Assembly (NCBI RefSeq): GCF_006345805.1
Contig: NW_021834979.1
Span: 1-44,436 of the forward strand
DNA: 44,436 bases
Direction of reading: 5' to 3'
Source of the DNA: Octopus sinensis
Taxonomy: Eukaryota
Below are positions 12,660 to 23,889 of this stretch, piece after piece (within the stretch, counting starts at the first letter, position 1; every line of letters starts with the position of its first letter). The translations under genes and the position numbers were made by a program. Under the pieces are notes generated by a model. That model was not told where the DNA came from and searched no databases. It worked only from the letters and a program-made list of their open reading frames with translations.

Positions 12660-13089
12660 CAGGAAATACATAAGAAAAATTATTTTGACACAATATTTTA
12701 TTCACTTACGTACGTTTCAAATGATTCAGTGTGCTGTCGTATTGTTTATACATAGCGAGTTGCATATAAAATCGAAAAATTAATTTGTTCGTTAGCCACC
12801 CAATTTACGAAACGGTTTTCTCACCTGCCAGTCTTCTCAAAGTTCTACAAATGAGTTATTGTTGATCAACTTCTAATTTAAACGATTTAAAATTGGACAA
12901 ACTGATAGCCAGATCTTGTTTGCATGAATCGCTGAGAGAAATTTCCGTATAGGTGTACTAAATATCTTTTTACTTCTACGGATATATATGTGTGTGTTCA
13001 CGTGCATGTCTGTGGGTTGTATACATATACATACATATATATAATATATATATATGATATATATAATTATATATATATATATATATACG

Positions 13090-13124
<35 letters not shown>

Positions 13125-13127
<3 letters not shown>

Positions 13128-13338
13128 ACCTTGATCACCTTGACCGACCAGTCCGTGGGGCGTCCATTTGACACCGCTGGTCACAGCACGCTGTCCACTC
13201 CTCTCTGGATCGCGCCTTTCTCATCCACGTGATCCCAATCCTCCTCCTGAAATCGTGACTCCACCTTCGTGGAGGCCTTCCGGGTGGTCGTTTCCTCTCG
13301 CACGGGTACCACGCGACAACAAGATAATGTGCCACCTA
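13125..13338 (-). mobile_element. RTE-type LINE 3' end fragment
   Basis: Peptide WYPCERKRPPGRPPRRWSHDF...WMRKARSREEW resembles the RTE C-terminal GRPxxRW...W..A..R..W motif. Ends in a short repeated tail (caaggtgat)n. Confidence 0.7.
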
Positions 13339-13460
13339 TCCTTGTCCACCCCGGACCCTAAGTAAGGCATGTGTAAAATTTGAATGAAATTGGTCGTGTA
13401 GTTCTCAAGTTTTAGGGAAACACACAGACAGAGAGACAGACAGACAGACACACATTCTCA

Positions 13461-13475
<15 letters not shown>
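13339..13475 (+). mobile_element. Helentron/HINE-like (Lep1/DINE-like) non-autonomous element end
   Basis: tgtaaaatttgaatgaaattggtcgtgtagttctcaagttttagggaaac-(acag)n-cacattctcagttttatata resembles the architecture of Lep1/DINE-1-type 3' ends. Assignment from memory. Confidence 0.45.
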
Positions 13476-13498
<23 letters not shown>

Positions 13499-14644
13499 TA
13501 CAGACAGACGGATAGATAAATAGATAGATAGATAGATATATAGGGAGATAGATGGAGAGATAGATATACATATATACACTGTAAAGTGTACTGTCTTTTT
13601 TCCTAGATTCTCTGCCACATTTATGTACGCCAGAAAATTTCTTAAATTCGCCATCTAAATTTCCAGACTTTCACTGTCACACATTCAGGATGACGTAATG
13701 TTGCCGTAGGTTTTATGTCTTATACTATAGTTCCAGTATGGTTGTAAAATTTGCCACCAAATCGCGTATTTATTGTTGTACGCTTTGATGCGAGGTCGAG
13801 AATATATTAACCATTATGTTTATACATCACCAGACGGGTGTTTATTTTCCCATGTGACTAGAGAATTGTCTATGCTTATATCTTAGCGTGGCTCTGTTTT
13901 ATAGATATTACTTCCAATATTAATCAGATATTTCTCTGTACAAACCTCTATTTTCTGAGAATGTTATAGCTTCCTATCTAGTTTTGTTTCGGTTAGTACA
14001 TTCCATACTAATTGCTCATTGTTGTAAGTACATAGACGATCGGCATGGAACCGTCGTGTTTGTATGGCCAACAGAACAGCTGGAATCATGACGTTTACAA
14101 ATTTCACTTCATAACTGAATTTATAAATTACTATGTTTCTCAGAATCTTGCTTTCGTGTTTACATACGTCTGGCAAAATAAATGAATAAAGAAATACAAA
14201 AAAAAACGAATTTTCTGTTCTCTATTACGAGATATTTTGTAAGATAAAAATCTAGTTTATATTTACTATAGATATGGTTTATATAATTATTGAACATGTT
14301 AGCGTAGTACTTAATGTACTTACTGCTTATTGTAGTTACCTGTTCCTTGGAATAAGACTAAAGTCTTCGAACATGAATTTAGATCTTACACTGAGTTTTC
14401 TGAATGTATTTGTGATAAAACCAGTAGAGGAGAGTCGTTCTATTATAGGGTGTACAACTGACATTTTGTAGCTAAATGGAAGTTTGTGTGTCTGTATTCA
14501 TGTAAATATATACTTGTGTATTTGGTGCCAACGGATGTGATGCATCTCCGCTATTTAATTGTGTATGTCAAGAAATGGAATCGTTGTATCGCAAGAGTTT
14601 TATATATATTCTTCAGGATATATATATATAAATATTATATATAA

Positions 14645-14684
<40 letters not shown>

Positions 14685-14723
14685 AATATATATATATATA
14701 TGCACATTTATATACACATAAAT

Positions 14724-14793
14724 AATGTACGTAGCCACTTCAACATGGCTGTCCATTTGGACGGACAGCCATATTGAAGTGGCTACAAACATT
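14724..14793. repeat. 70-bp hairpin with 31-bp arms and 8-nt loop
   Basis: aatgtacgtagccacttcaacatggctgtcc / ggacagccatattgaagtggctacaaacatt; 3 differences between the arms. Confidence 0.85.
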
Positions 14794-14879
14794 ACTTGTT
14801 AGTACAACTACTGCGTTGATCTGTTAGAGAGATTTTAGAACAAGCATTTTTGCTCATATATATACATATGTATATGTAT

Positions 14880-14910
<31 letters not shown>

Positions 14911-14997
14911 ATATGTAAAAAATATAAACTGGGACAAGAACGCAAAACAATTAGAAGACGCTACAATATATATATATATATATTATATATATATATA

Positions 14998-15063
<66 letters not shown>

Positions 15064-15143
15064 ATAAATATTAGGGAATAGATCCAAATTTACAGGGAAA
15101 AAAATCAGATTTAGGATTAAATCCAATTTTATAGTAAAATATT

Positions 15144-15360
15144 ATATAATATTAATTAGAGACAAAACCACTATTTTGGAAAACAAACAAAATTGAAACT
15201 GATTTGAAAATCAGAAATCCACCTGAAGATTGTCATTGAAGACATGAAACAATTGTAGTGGCGTTTTTTTTTACTTTTTATTAAAATTTTATGTATTGTT
15301 GATTAAGTCTTTCCTTGTTTGTTTTGCAAAATAGTGGTTTTTCTCTAATTAATATTATAT
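15144..15360 (+). mobile_element. Penelope-like terminal fragment: ~46-bp inverted arms flanking a hammerhead motif
   Basis: Arms 15144-15190 and 15315-15360 (1 mismatch, 1 indel). Hammerhead at 15219-15261. Confidence 0.7.
15219..15261 (+). ncRNA. Minimal type-I hammerhead ribozyme motif
   Basis: ccac-ctgaaga-t-tgtc-attgaa-gaca-t-gaaa-caattg-ta-gtgg: intact core, palindromic stem III ACAAUUGU, GUA triplet, U-U at the base of stem II. Confidence 0.7.
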
Positions 15361-15593
15361 ATATATATAATATATATATATCTATAATATATATATAATA
15401 TATAGATATATATATATATATAATATATATATTATATAATATATATATATAATATATATATATATATGTATATATATATATGTATTATAATGGGAGATGC
15501 CGGTTGATTTTAGAAGCATGTATTTCCTTTAAAGCTAATATTTTGGGTTTGTCTCACAGTAAACAATCATATTGGTAATATTTTAGCTTTTTA

Positions 15594-16065
15594 GGCGGCG
15601 AGCAGAATTTTTAAAACGTCGGGCAAAATCCTTCGGGGCATTTCGTCCGACTTTCTGTTGTGAGTTCTAAATCCACCGACGTCGATTTTATCTTTCATCT
15701 CTGTGGAGTCGATAAAACAAAAACCAGTTGAGAACTGAAGTTTATGGAGACGACTTAACTACTTCCTCAAAGTTGCTGTTATTGTATCAAAATTTGAGAC
15801 CAATACCATTTCAGAATTTATAGCAGTGAGCTGGCAGAATCTTTGGTACACCGAGCAAAATACTTCATGGCATGTCATCAGAGTTTTCCTTCTGAACTCA
15901 AATTTCGTAGAGGCGACTTTGTCTCTTATCCTTTCGGGATCAATAAATCCAGTACCAATTGAGAACTGGTGTTGATGTAATCGACTAACCTCCATCCATT
16001 TTTGCTGTTAGTAAGGTTTGGAATATTATTTTGGAGGTTAAGAAGGCAGCGAGCTAGCAGAATCT
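15594..16065. mobile_element. Two diverged SINE family B remnants in opposite orientation
   Basis: ggcggcgagcagaat...gagttctaaatccaccgacgtcgat on + (15594-15745) and ttctgaactcaaatttcgtagaggcgactttg on - (~15880-16065). Confidence 0.55.
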
Positions 16066-16107
16066 TCTGGCAACATTTCAAACTAATATTATTTTAGATC
16101 TCTCATA

Positions 16108-16473
16108 GGCGTAGCAGTGGCTGTGTGGTAAGTAGCTTGCTAACGAACCACGTGGATCCGGGTTCAGTCCCACTCCGTGGCACCTTGGGCAAGTGTCTTC
16201 TATTATAGCCTCGGGCCGACCAGAGCCTTGTGAGTGGATTTGGTAGACGGAAACTGAAAGAAGCCAGTCGTATATATGTATATATATATACTTACATAAT
16301 CAGCCGAAATTGCGAGGATGATCCGGTTCTTGACTGAAGATAAAAGGCTTCGAATGACACGTCTGTTTTTTTTGTATCGTCTATCTGGATGTTTTGTTGT
16401 CCCCTTTTGTATCACCTAACTGTCCGGATGTTTTGCGTTCTTGTCCCATTTTTTATTTTATTATATATATATA

Positions 16474-16522
<49 letters not shown>

Positions 16523-16765
16523 AATACATGTGTGTATATATGTTTGGGTGTCTGTGTTTGTCCCCACCACACCCCAGCATCGCTTGATAACCAATGCTGG
16601 TGAGTTTACGTCTCCGTAACTTAGCAGTTCGCAAAAGACACCGATAGGATAAGTACTATACTAGGTTTACGAAGAATAAATCCTGGAGGTTGATTTGATC
16701 GACTAAAGGCGGTGCTCCAGCATGGGCTCAATCAAACATCGGAAACCAGTAAAAGAGTAAAAGCG
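16108..16765 (+). mobile_element. SINE family A with a ~160-bp foreign insert (16295-16455) in its central TA tract
   Basis: Head and tail are colinear with the 27817 copy. The insert end gttttgcgttcttgtccca matches the reverse complement of the TA-flanked fragment at ~14925-14950. Confidence 0.75.
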
Positions 16766-17225
16766 TAAACTCCTACCAATCAGATGAAACCTCGCCACGT
16801 TTTAGACCACCCACATGCCTCCTCACATTAAAAAATTCTCATCTACTTTATATGTTATAAAGAATCTCATATTCTATGAAACAACAGCACTTTTGAAGAA
16901 TGTTTTCTTTCTCAACAATATTTATCTGTTTTAAATTATGTTTCAAATCCAAATTGAGCTATGCCAGAAATTATCTTTGACAGGTGGCAGCACTAAACAG
17001 ACACGGAATCTCTTCAGATATATTACCAATGTTTCGCTTTTGTTTTATTTTCGCTAATATTTCTTTCAAATCTTTTCTCTTCCATTTTGATTTCTCGTGT
17101 CTAATGTTGCTTTGAATATTCCAGATTTCTTTCACCCAGGCGAAAATATAAAAAAAATATATAAATATAAACAAGAGATATACAATAAAAAGTAAAAATA
17201 TAAAAATATGTAACATCTATTTTAT

Positions 17226-17460
17226 CTCTCATCTTTCATTTGTTTCAGCCATTGGGCTGCGGCCAGGCTGGGGCATCGGTTTCAAAGGTTAAGTCGAACA
17301 ACACGGCCTTTTATACTTATTTTTTCTTCTAAAGTCTGTTACATAATCAAGAAGAGTCTTTTGACGAACTGTTAAGTTACAGGAAGGTAAACACATCAAC
17401 ACCACGTATCAAAATATGTTGGGAAAAAAGGCACAAAAACACACACATCTACGCATATAC
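17226..17460 (-). mobile_element. SINE family A 3' half, diverged
   Basis: tttgtttcagccattgggctgcggccaggctggggca... aligns to the family A tail. Confidence 0.6.
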
Positions 17461-17523
17461 GAGTGTATGTATATATGTATATATATGTGTGTGTGTTTGT
17501 GTGCGTGCGTATATGTCTGTCTG

Positions 17524-17578
<55 letters not shown>

Positions 17579-17587
17579 CTCTATCTC

Positions 17588-17626
<39 letters not shown>

Positions 17627-18179
17627 CTATCTATCTATCTATCTATCTACCTATCTATATATGTATATTATATATATATATGTATATATATTTATATTTA
17701 TGTATATATTATATGTATATATATTATATTATATTATATATTATATGTATATATATTATATATATTATATAATATATATATATATAAATGGCGGTGCCCC
17801 AGCATGGCCACAGCTCATAAGCTGAAACTAGAATCAATCAATCAATCATGTATGTATGTATGTATTGTATAAAGGATCGTGGGTAAGGCCCAAACAATGC
17901 GAAGTAAATACAAGGTAAATCACAAGGAAACAAATATGTGAATTAATATAGATTTTCCTTGTATTCAATATTTTGGGGTTAATTATCCCATTTTCAAGAA
18001 ATAGACGAATATTGCCGTTGTGTGTGCGGTTCAGCCACAGATAATCTCATATGCAATTTAGGTCCTCTGGCGCAATTCAGGGCAGTTCTACAATGTGCAC
18101 TCCTCGGAGTAGTGAGAGGTGTTGTTCTTGGAGAGAGATTTTCTCAGGGAAGAGCTACAATAAAAACGACATCAGAAAT

Positions 18180-18810
18180 AATGATGATGATGTTAATGAT
18201 GGTGGCGATGATGATGATGATGATAAGGATGTTGATGATGGTGATGAAGGTGGTGTTGGTAGTGGTGATGGTAGCAATGTTAATGACGACAATGATGATG
18301 ATAATGATGGTTATGGTGATGATAAAGATCCCGAAGATAATGATGATCACGATGGCGGCGCTGGTGGTGTTGCTGTTGGTGATGATGACGTCAATAATGT
18401 TGATGATGATGAAAACGGAGCGGGAAAAGACGAAGGAGTCGAAGATGATGAAAAAGACGGAAAAGTGAAGGAGGAGTAGATGGGAGAGAGGATGATGATG
18501 TGAACGACGACGGTGAAGTAGAGAAAGAAGAAGAAGAGAAAGAAGAAGAAGAAGAAGATGAAGAAGAAGAAGACGACGAAGAAGAAGAGATAATGGTGAT
18601 GATGGTGATAATGAATATGATGATGACGATGATGATGATGATGATACCAACGGCGTCGACGATATTGGTCATGGAGTTGTTGATACTGCTACTACTGTTG
18701 ATGGTGTTGTTGTTATTGTTGTAGTTGGTGGTGCTGTTGCTGTGTTACGAATGTTATTGAAGTTGATCAGGATGCTGCTGCTGATGATGATGATGAAGAT
18801 GATAATGTGA
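18180..18810. repeat. Imperfect (GAT)n/(GAA)n/(GTT)n low-complexity tract
   Basis: Direct reading. Gives poly-D/M/E ORFs in several frames. Confidence 0.9.
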
Positions 18811-18857
18811 TGAAGAGCCTTTAATAAACTGAATTCACTTCTCGTAGAAACATAGAA

Positions 18858-18889
<32 letters not shown>

Positions 18890-19099
18890 GAAGGAGAGAA
18901 GGAGAGAGTCATGTGGCAGACGCGTAAGGTCTTGGACACAGCACATATTCAACAATTTGGAAATTCATTTGCAGCACTTCGAAAATCAGCTTGACAGATA
19001 TGGGCTGGGTTGACGCTAATAGAAACATATTACTAAGAACGGCAGCGACAGTGGTTAGAGCAACACTAGCGCCACCAACAGCAACATCACTCATTGTAG

Positions 19100-19242
19100 T
19101 AATAATAATAACATTATCGATAATAATAATAATAATAAAAATGATAGTAGTAGTAGTAATAATAATAATAATAATAATAGTAGTAGTAGTAGTAGTAGTA
19201 ATAATAATAAAAATGGTAATAATAATAATATAAATAATAACA

Positions 19243-19273
<31 letters not shown>

Positions 19274-19346
19274 CAATAATAGTAATAATAATAATGTAGT
19301 AGCAGTAGTAATAGTAATAATAATAATAATAATAACAATAATAATA

Positions 19347-19412
<66 letters not shown>

Positions 19413-19443
19413 TAATAATAATAATAATGATAAAAATATAATC

Positions 19444-19488
<45 letters not shown>

Positions 19489-19512
19489 TAATAATAATAA
19501 TAATAATAATAA
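19100..19512. repeat. (AAT)n/(AGT)n microsatellite, upstream flank of the R4/Dong element
   Basis: Direct reading. Confidence 0.95.
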
Positions 19513-19783
19513 TGTTTTGCAATAATGATGTTTTGCAACACCTAGTAGGATGCCTCCTTGGCTAGTTAATGGGTTAACATTCCTGCTTCCAAAAAGTGAA
19601 GAGAACAAATGAACCAAAAAACTATAGACCCATAACCTGCTTAACAACTATGTACAAACACTAACATCTGTCCTAACGGAATATACCTATAGTTTTTTAA
19701 CAGACAGCAGCATATTCCCTAATGAACAGAAAGGATGTAAACGTGGATCCTACGGCTGTAAAGACCAACTACTCATCAATAAG

Positions 19784-21322
19784 ATGATCTTAGAAGATTG
19801 TCACAAACGACACAAAAACTTATCAATAGCCTGGATAGACTATAAAAAGGCTTTTGATAGCCTACCACATAGCTGGATTAGGAAATGCCTTGAAATGTAT
19901 AAGATAGCACCAACTCTGCGAAACTTCTTGACTGTAAGTATGAGATCATGGAGAACCACACTAACTCTGAACAGTGACAGTGAATCCCTAAATGCTGGTG
20001 ATGTAAAAATTTCGTGTGGCATTTTCCAGGGTGACTCACTGTCACCACTCCTCTTTTGTTTATCCTTAATACCTCTCTCAAAGCTGCTCAATGACGCGCA
20101 GTACGGGTATAAAATGTTTGATAAAAATATAAATCATCTCGTTTACATGGATGATTTAAAGCTTTTTGCAAAAAATGATCAACAACTCAAGGGCTTACTA
20201 GCGATAGTCAAACAATTCAGTGACGACATCAGAATGCAATTCGGCCTCGATAAATGTGCAAAGGCTACCTTTATCAAAGGAAAAATGACAGAAACATCTA
20301 ACGTTAACCTTGACCAACAGAATGTCATAAAAGAACTAGACCCAGCGGCGAGCTACAAGTACCTAGGGGTAATTGAAGGGAACGGAATAAGGCATTCAGA
20401 GATGAAGGAAAGGATCAGGAGAGAATGCTATCGAAGAGTGAGAGCAATACTCAAGACAGAGCTGAATGCAAGAAACAGGATCGAAGCAATCAATGCATTA
20501 GCTATACCAGTCGTGACTTACAGTTTCAATATTGTTAACTGGTCAATTACTGAAATATGTCAGCTCGACAGAAAAATAAGGAAACTGTTGACAATGCATA
20601 GAATGCACCACCCTAAGGCAGATACAGAACGACTCTATCTGCCAAGAAAAGAGGGAGGCCGTGGTCTTTTGCAACTGGCGATAACAATGAAGATTGCTAC
20701 AATTGGCCTAGACACCTACCTGAAAAACTCTGAGGACTGGATGTTAAAACTTGTCTCAAAACATGAAAACAAGAAAGCATCATACTCAGTCACAAAACAG
20801 GCAAAGGAATATCTAAGTGAATTCCGAATACAACCAATTTCGGAATTAGAGATAGATATACAAGAAACAAGCACAGAAAAAGCTAGGCGCATGAAAACCC
20901 GTGCCAAAACTGCGGCCTTAGATATTCTGAATAATAAATGGCAAGAAAAACCTCTCTATGGCAAATACCCAAAGAGAGCGAATAATGCAGATATCGACAA
21001 AGCCCTGACCCATCAATGGCTAATGGCCTCTGGCTTAAAATCTGAAACAGAGGGGTTTATCATAGCAGCTCAAGATCAATGCCTACCAACAAGAAACTAC
21101 CAGGCCAACATATTAAAGATCAGAAGCAGTCCAACGTGTCGTGTATGCAAGCAACAAAATGAAACCATTGACCATGTGGTCTCCAAGTGCAGTCTTCTAG
21201 CGCCTACAGAGTATCTCAACAGGCACGATAGAGCTGCACAATATATTCACTGGGTAATCTGTAAAAACCTGGATTTGCCCCATGAAAAAACTGGTGGGAA
21301 CACAAACCACCCCAGTGCTTGA
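19784..21322 (+). CDS. Reverse transcriptase with CCHC zinc knuckle (part of a frameshifted single ORF)
   Basis: WIDYKKAFDSLPH, GIFQGDSLSPLLF, LVYMDDLKLF, YKYLG, RLYLPRKEGGRGL, CRVCKQQNETIDHVVSKC, RHDRA. Upstream 19539-19783 encodes NYRPITCL and EQKGCKRGSYGCKDQLLI with frameshifts. Confidence 0.92.
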   Translation: MILEDCHKRHKNLSIAWIDYKKAFDSLPHSWIRKCLEMYKIAPTLRNFLTVSMRSWRTTLTLNSDSESLNAGDVKISCGIFQGDSLSPLLFCLSLIPLSKLLNDAQYGYKMFDKNINHLVYMDDLKLFAKNDQQLKGLLAIVKQFSDDIRMQFGLDKCAKATFIKGKMTETSNVNLDQQNVIKELDPAASYKYLGVIEGNGIRHSEMKERIRRECYRRVRAILKTELNARNRIEAINALAIPVVTYSFNIVNWSITEICQLDRKIRKLLTMHRMHHPKADTERLYLPRKEGGRGLLQLAITMKIATIGLDTYLKNSEDWMLKLVSKHENKKASYSVTKQAKEYLSEFRIQPISELEIDIQETSTEKARRMKTRAKTAALDILNNKWQEKPLYGKYPKRANNADIDKALTHQWLMASGLKSETEGFIIAAQDQCLPTRNYQANILKIRSSPTCRVCKQQNETIDHVVSKCSLLAPTEYLNRHDRAAQYIHWVICKNLDLPHEKTGGNTNHPSA

Positions 21323-21701
21323 AAATGACCACATCTCACTCCTCTGGAACTTCACCATTCAAACTGACAGGAAGATAGATGCAAATAGGCCAGACATCAT
21401 ATTGAAAGACTTCAAACAAAGAACATGCCTCCTCATTGATATGACTGTCCCAATCGATATAAACGTATCTGTCAAGACCTACCAAAAACTGAGCAAATAT
21501 AAAGATCTTGAAATAGAAATCAGCAAAATGTGGAAGCTGAAGACTAAAACAATACCTGTTGTCATAGGTGCCCTGGGAATGATAGCAAAAGGGGCTGATA
21601 GCTACCTAACTCAGATACCAGGAAACCCAAAAATGGCAGAAGTTCAAAAGATAGTGCTCATGGGAACTGCTCATATCCTACGCAAAATACTCTCTATGTA
21701 A
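21282..21701 (+). CDS. Restriction-like (PD-(D/E)xK) endonuclease C-terminus of the same element
   Basis: ANRPDIILKD...LIDMTVP...KLSKYKDL...PVVIGALG. Separated from the RT frame by indels near 21285-21315. Confidence 0.88.
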   Translation: MKKLVGTQTTPVLENDHISLLWNFTIQTDRKIDANRPDIILKDFKQRTCLLIDMTVPIDINVSVKTYQKLSKYKDLEIEISKMWKLKTKTIPVVIGALGMIAKGADSYLTQIPGNPKMAEVQKIVLMGTAHILRKILSM

Positions 21702-21927
21702 TCTCAAGGTTTAAAACAAACATAATTTTCGGTTTAAAAGGGGGAGAAAAAAAAAAACAACTTTTTTTTTTTTTTTTTAGACATTCATTAGTACAACATC
21801 CCCACCCACCAAATATATGGCACACTAGGCATAACAACAACATGAACTTCCAACCCTGTTGTCTCTTGAGGTCTCTGGGTGAGACTTGGAGCCAACTTGT
21901 ACAAATATAAAGCAAAAGTCAAACATA

Positions 21928-21972
<45 letters not shown>

Positions 21973-22159
21973 TAATAATAATAATGATAATAATAATAAT
22001 AATGCCCTGATGCAGTATCAGGCATTGGCTCTCGTGTCTTCCGTTCTTAACTGATGGGAAGTGTTATCATGTAGATGTTTTGCGTTGCTACGAAAGATGA
22101 GCTACATCAAATATTCTGCTCAATAACACAAATTTACATGTCAGTAGTTTGACAATATA

Positions 22160-22358
<199 letters not shown>

Positions 22359-22362
22359 GATA

Positions 22363-22580
22363 TCCAGAACGCCATGATAAATCGTTCGCTCCTACACGTA
22401 TTTTTTTCTCTCCTTGTTTCTCTCCTTGTTTTTTTTTTCTGTGTATCTTTCTGTCGAAGAGTGTAGGCTCGAAATGTAAAAGACTTGTTCTATTTTTATT
22501 CTTGAGCGCCATACTAATACATTTATTTGTTTGTACTCCACCTGTCTTCGTCTTTTGTATATTTTCGTATACCTTCCTGT
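22363..22580 (+). mobile_element. Penelope-like terminal fragment with decayed hammerhead (22446-22483)
   Basis: tcttt-ctgtcga-a-gagt-gtag-gctc-gaaa-tg-ta-aaaga. Downstream ttgagcgccatactaatac resembles ctgagcgtctaataacac at ~41400. Confidence 0.55.
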
Positions 22581-22710
22581 TATATATGAATATATAAATA
22601 TATATATATGTATGTGTGTGTGGTGTGTGTGCTTGTGTGTCTATACATATACATATATGTATATATATACATATATATATGTATACATATATATGTATGT
22701 ATATATGTAT

Positions 22711-22742
<32 letters not shown>

Positions 22743-22822
22743 GTATTTTAATATAAATACATAAAAGTACATGAAGTTTGTTAAAAAAAGGGGGGGGGTC
22801 ATATACCTCCTGGCTGTTGAGA

Positions 22823-23287
22823 TTATAACACCTCGTTGTAAACAATGTTCCTTGTTTTTCCTTGTGGAGCATATACAAAAAGGATTCTTTTGGTTCCTAC
22901 TCTTGAGCAGCCAACATACAGTTGCTCATGCGAGAAACAGGATTCTTCTAAGAGATAACCAGCTACAGAGAGGGTTTGACCCTGAGATTTGTTAATGGAC
23001 ATGGAAAAGCTGACACGAAGGGGGAATTGCAGTCTTCTGAATGTAAATGGAATTTCTGCTCCTGATGGAGTAAGAGGAAATCTTGGAATAAAGATGTCAT
23101 TACCTTTTCTACATCCAGAAAGAATGATCGCCTCGATAACATGTGACATCATTTTCTTTATCACCAGTCGTGTTCCATTGCAAAGTCTTGGTGTTTCCAG
23201 ATTGCGGAGTAGCATTACAGGAGTTCCAACTTTAAGTGCTAATATGTGTGGGGGTAGTCCAGGAGGCTCCAGTGAATTGAGAAATTC
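22823..23287 (-). pseudogene. Helitron RepHel PIF1-like helicase C-terminal fragment
   Basis: [30 protein letters not shown]...[50 protein letters not shown] are the canonical Helitron helicase C-terminal motifs. Confidence 0.9.
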
Positions 23288-23294
23288 CACCACC

Positions 23295-23343
<49 letters not shown>

Positions 23344-23450
23344 GCAACAATATCGTCGTTTTGCCGTCTACCATGACTGCCAACAACAACACCACTACTA
23401 CAACCTCAACCACTACAAGTGACACCAACACTACCACCAATACTACCGCC
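23288..23450. repeat. (ACC)n/(AAC)n microsatellite
   Basis: Direct reading. Confidence 0.9.
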
Positions 23451-23889
23451 AAAAACAAATCCAATTTTGCACAAGCGTTAAAAATAAAAAAATATTAAAC
23501 TTCAAAAGTTTGTGTTCGGATAATATTTTTTATGTAAAAGTTATGCAACAACTAAAACATTCGGTTGTGCAAATTCTTTGCACGGGAAACCTTCCCAGTG
23601 TGGCGTGTTTCCCGATTTTGTAGAATTTGCTTTCGGCTTTCTTAGCCATTTCTGTTTTGGCGACTTCAAAGTCAAGAAGTCGTCGGGGAAAAGGTCACTG
23701 GTCTCCTTGACAACGCTTACGACGTTGATTTCTCTACCCTGCCTTCCCCACTGCTTCACGAGGGAGGGAAAGAAGGGGAGGAGCAAGACAGGTGCAGGTG
23801 CGAGCATTGGACGCCAACTCCGCCACCGATACACGAAGAATTTGAAGAACCCAGACGACAGCTTCACAGTCAAAGGACAACTCTGCCAT

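Larger units (their letters stand above)
19530..21929 (+). mobile_element. 5'-truncated R4/Dong-clade non-LTR retrotransposon inserted in an (AAT)n tract
   Basis: RT, CCHC knuckle and restriction-like endonuclease in the order expected for RLE-type elements. A ~230-bp 3' UTR runs directly into TAA repeats, and the TAA tract is present on both sides. Confidence 0.88.

Noticed and set aside
18022-18724. Acidic poly-D/E and poly-M ORFs resembling an acidic matrix protein
   Set aside because: Imperfect GAT/GAA repeat open in several frames, no unique domain or splice context.
23555-23600. gtgcaaa-ttc-tttgcac hairpin as a Helitron 3' terminus
   Set aside because: Not followed by CTRR, and on the wrong side of and strand from the helicase fragment.
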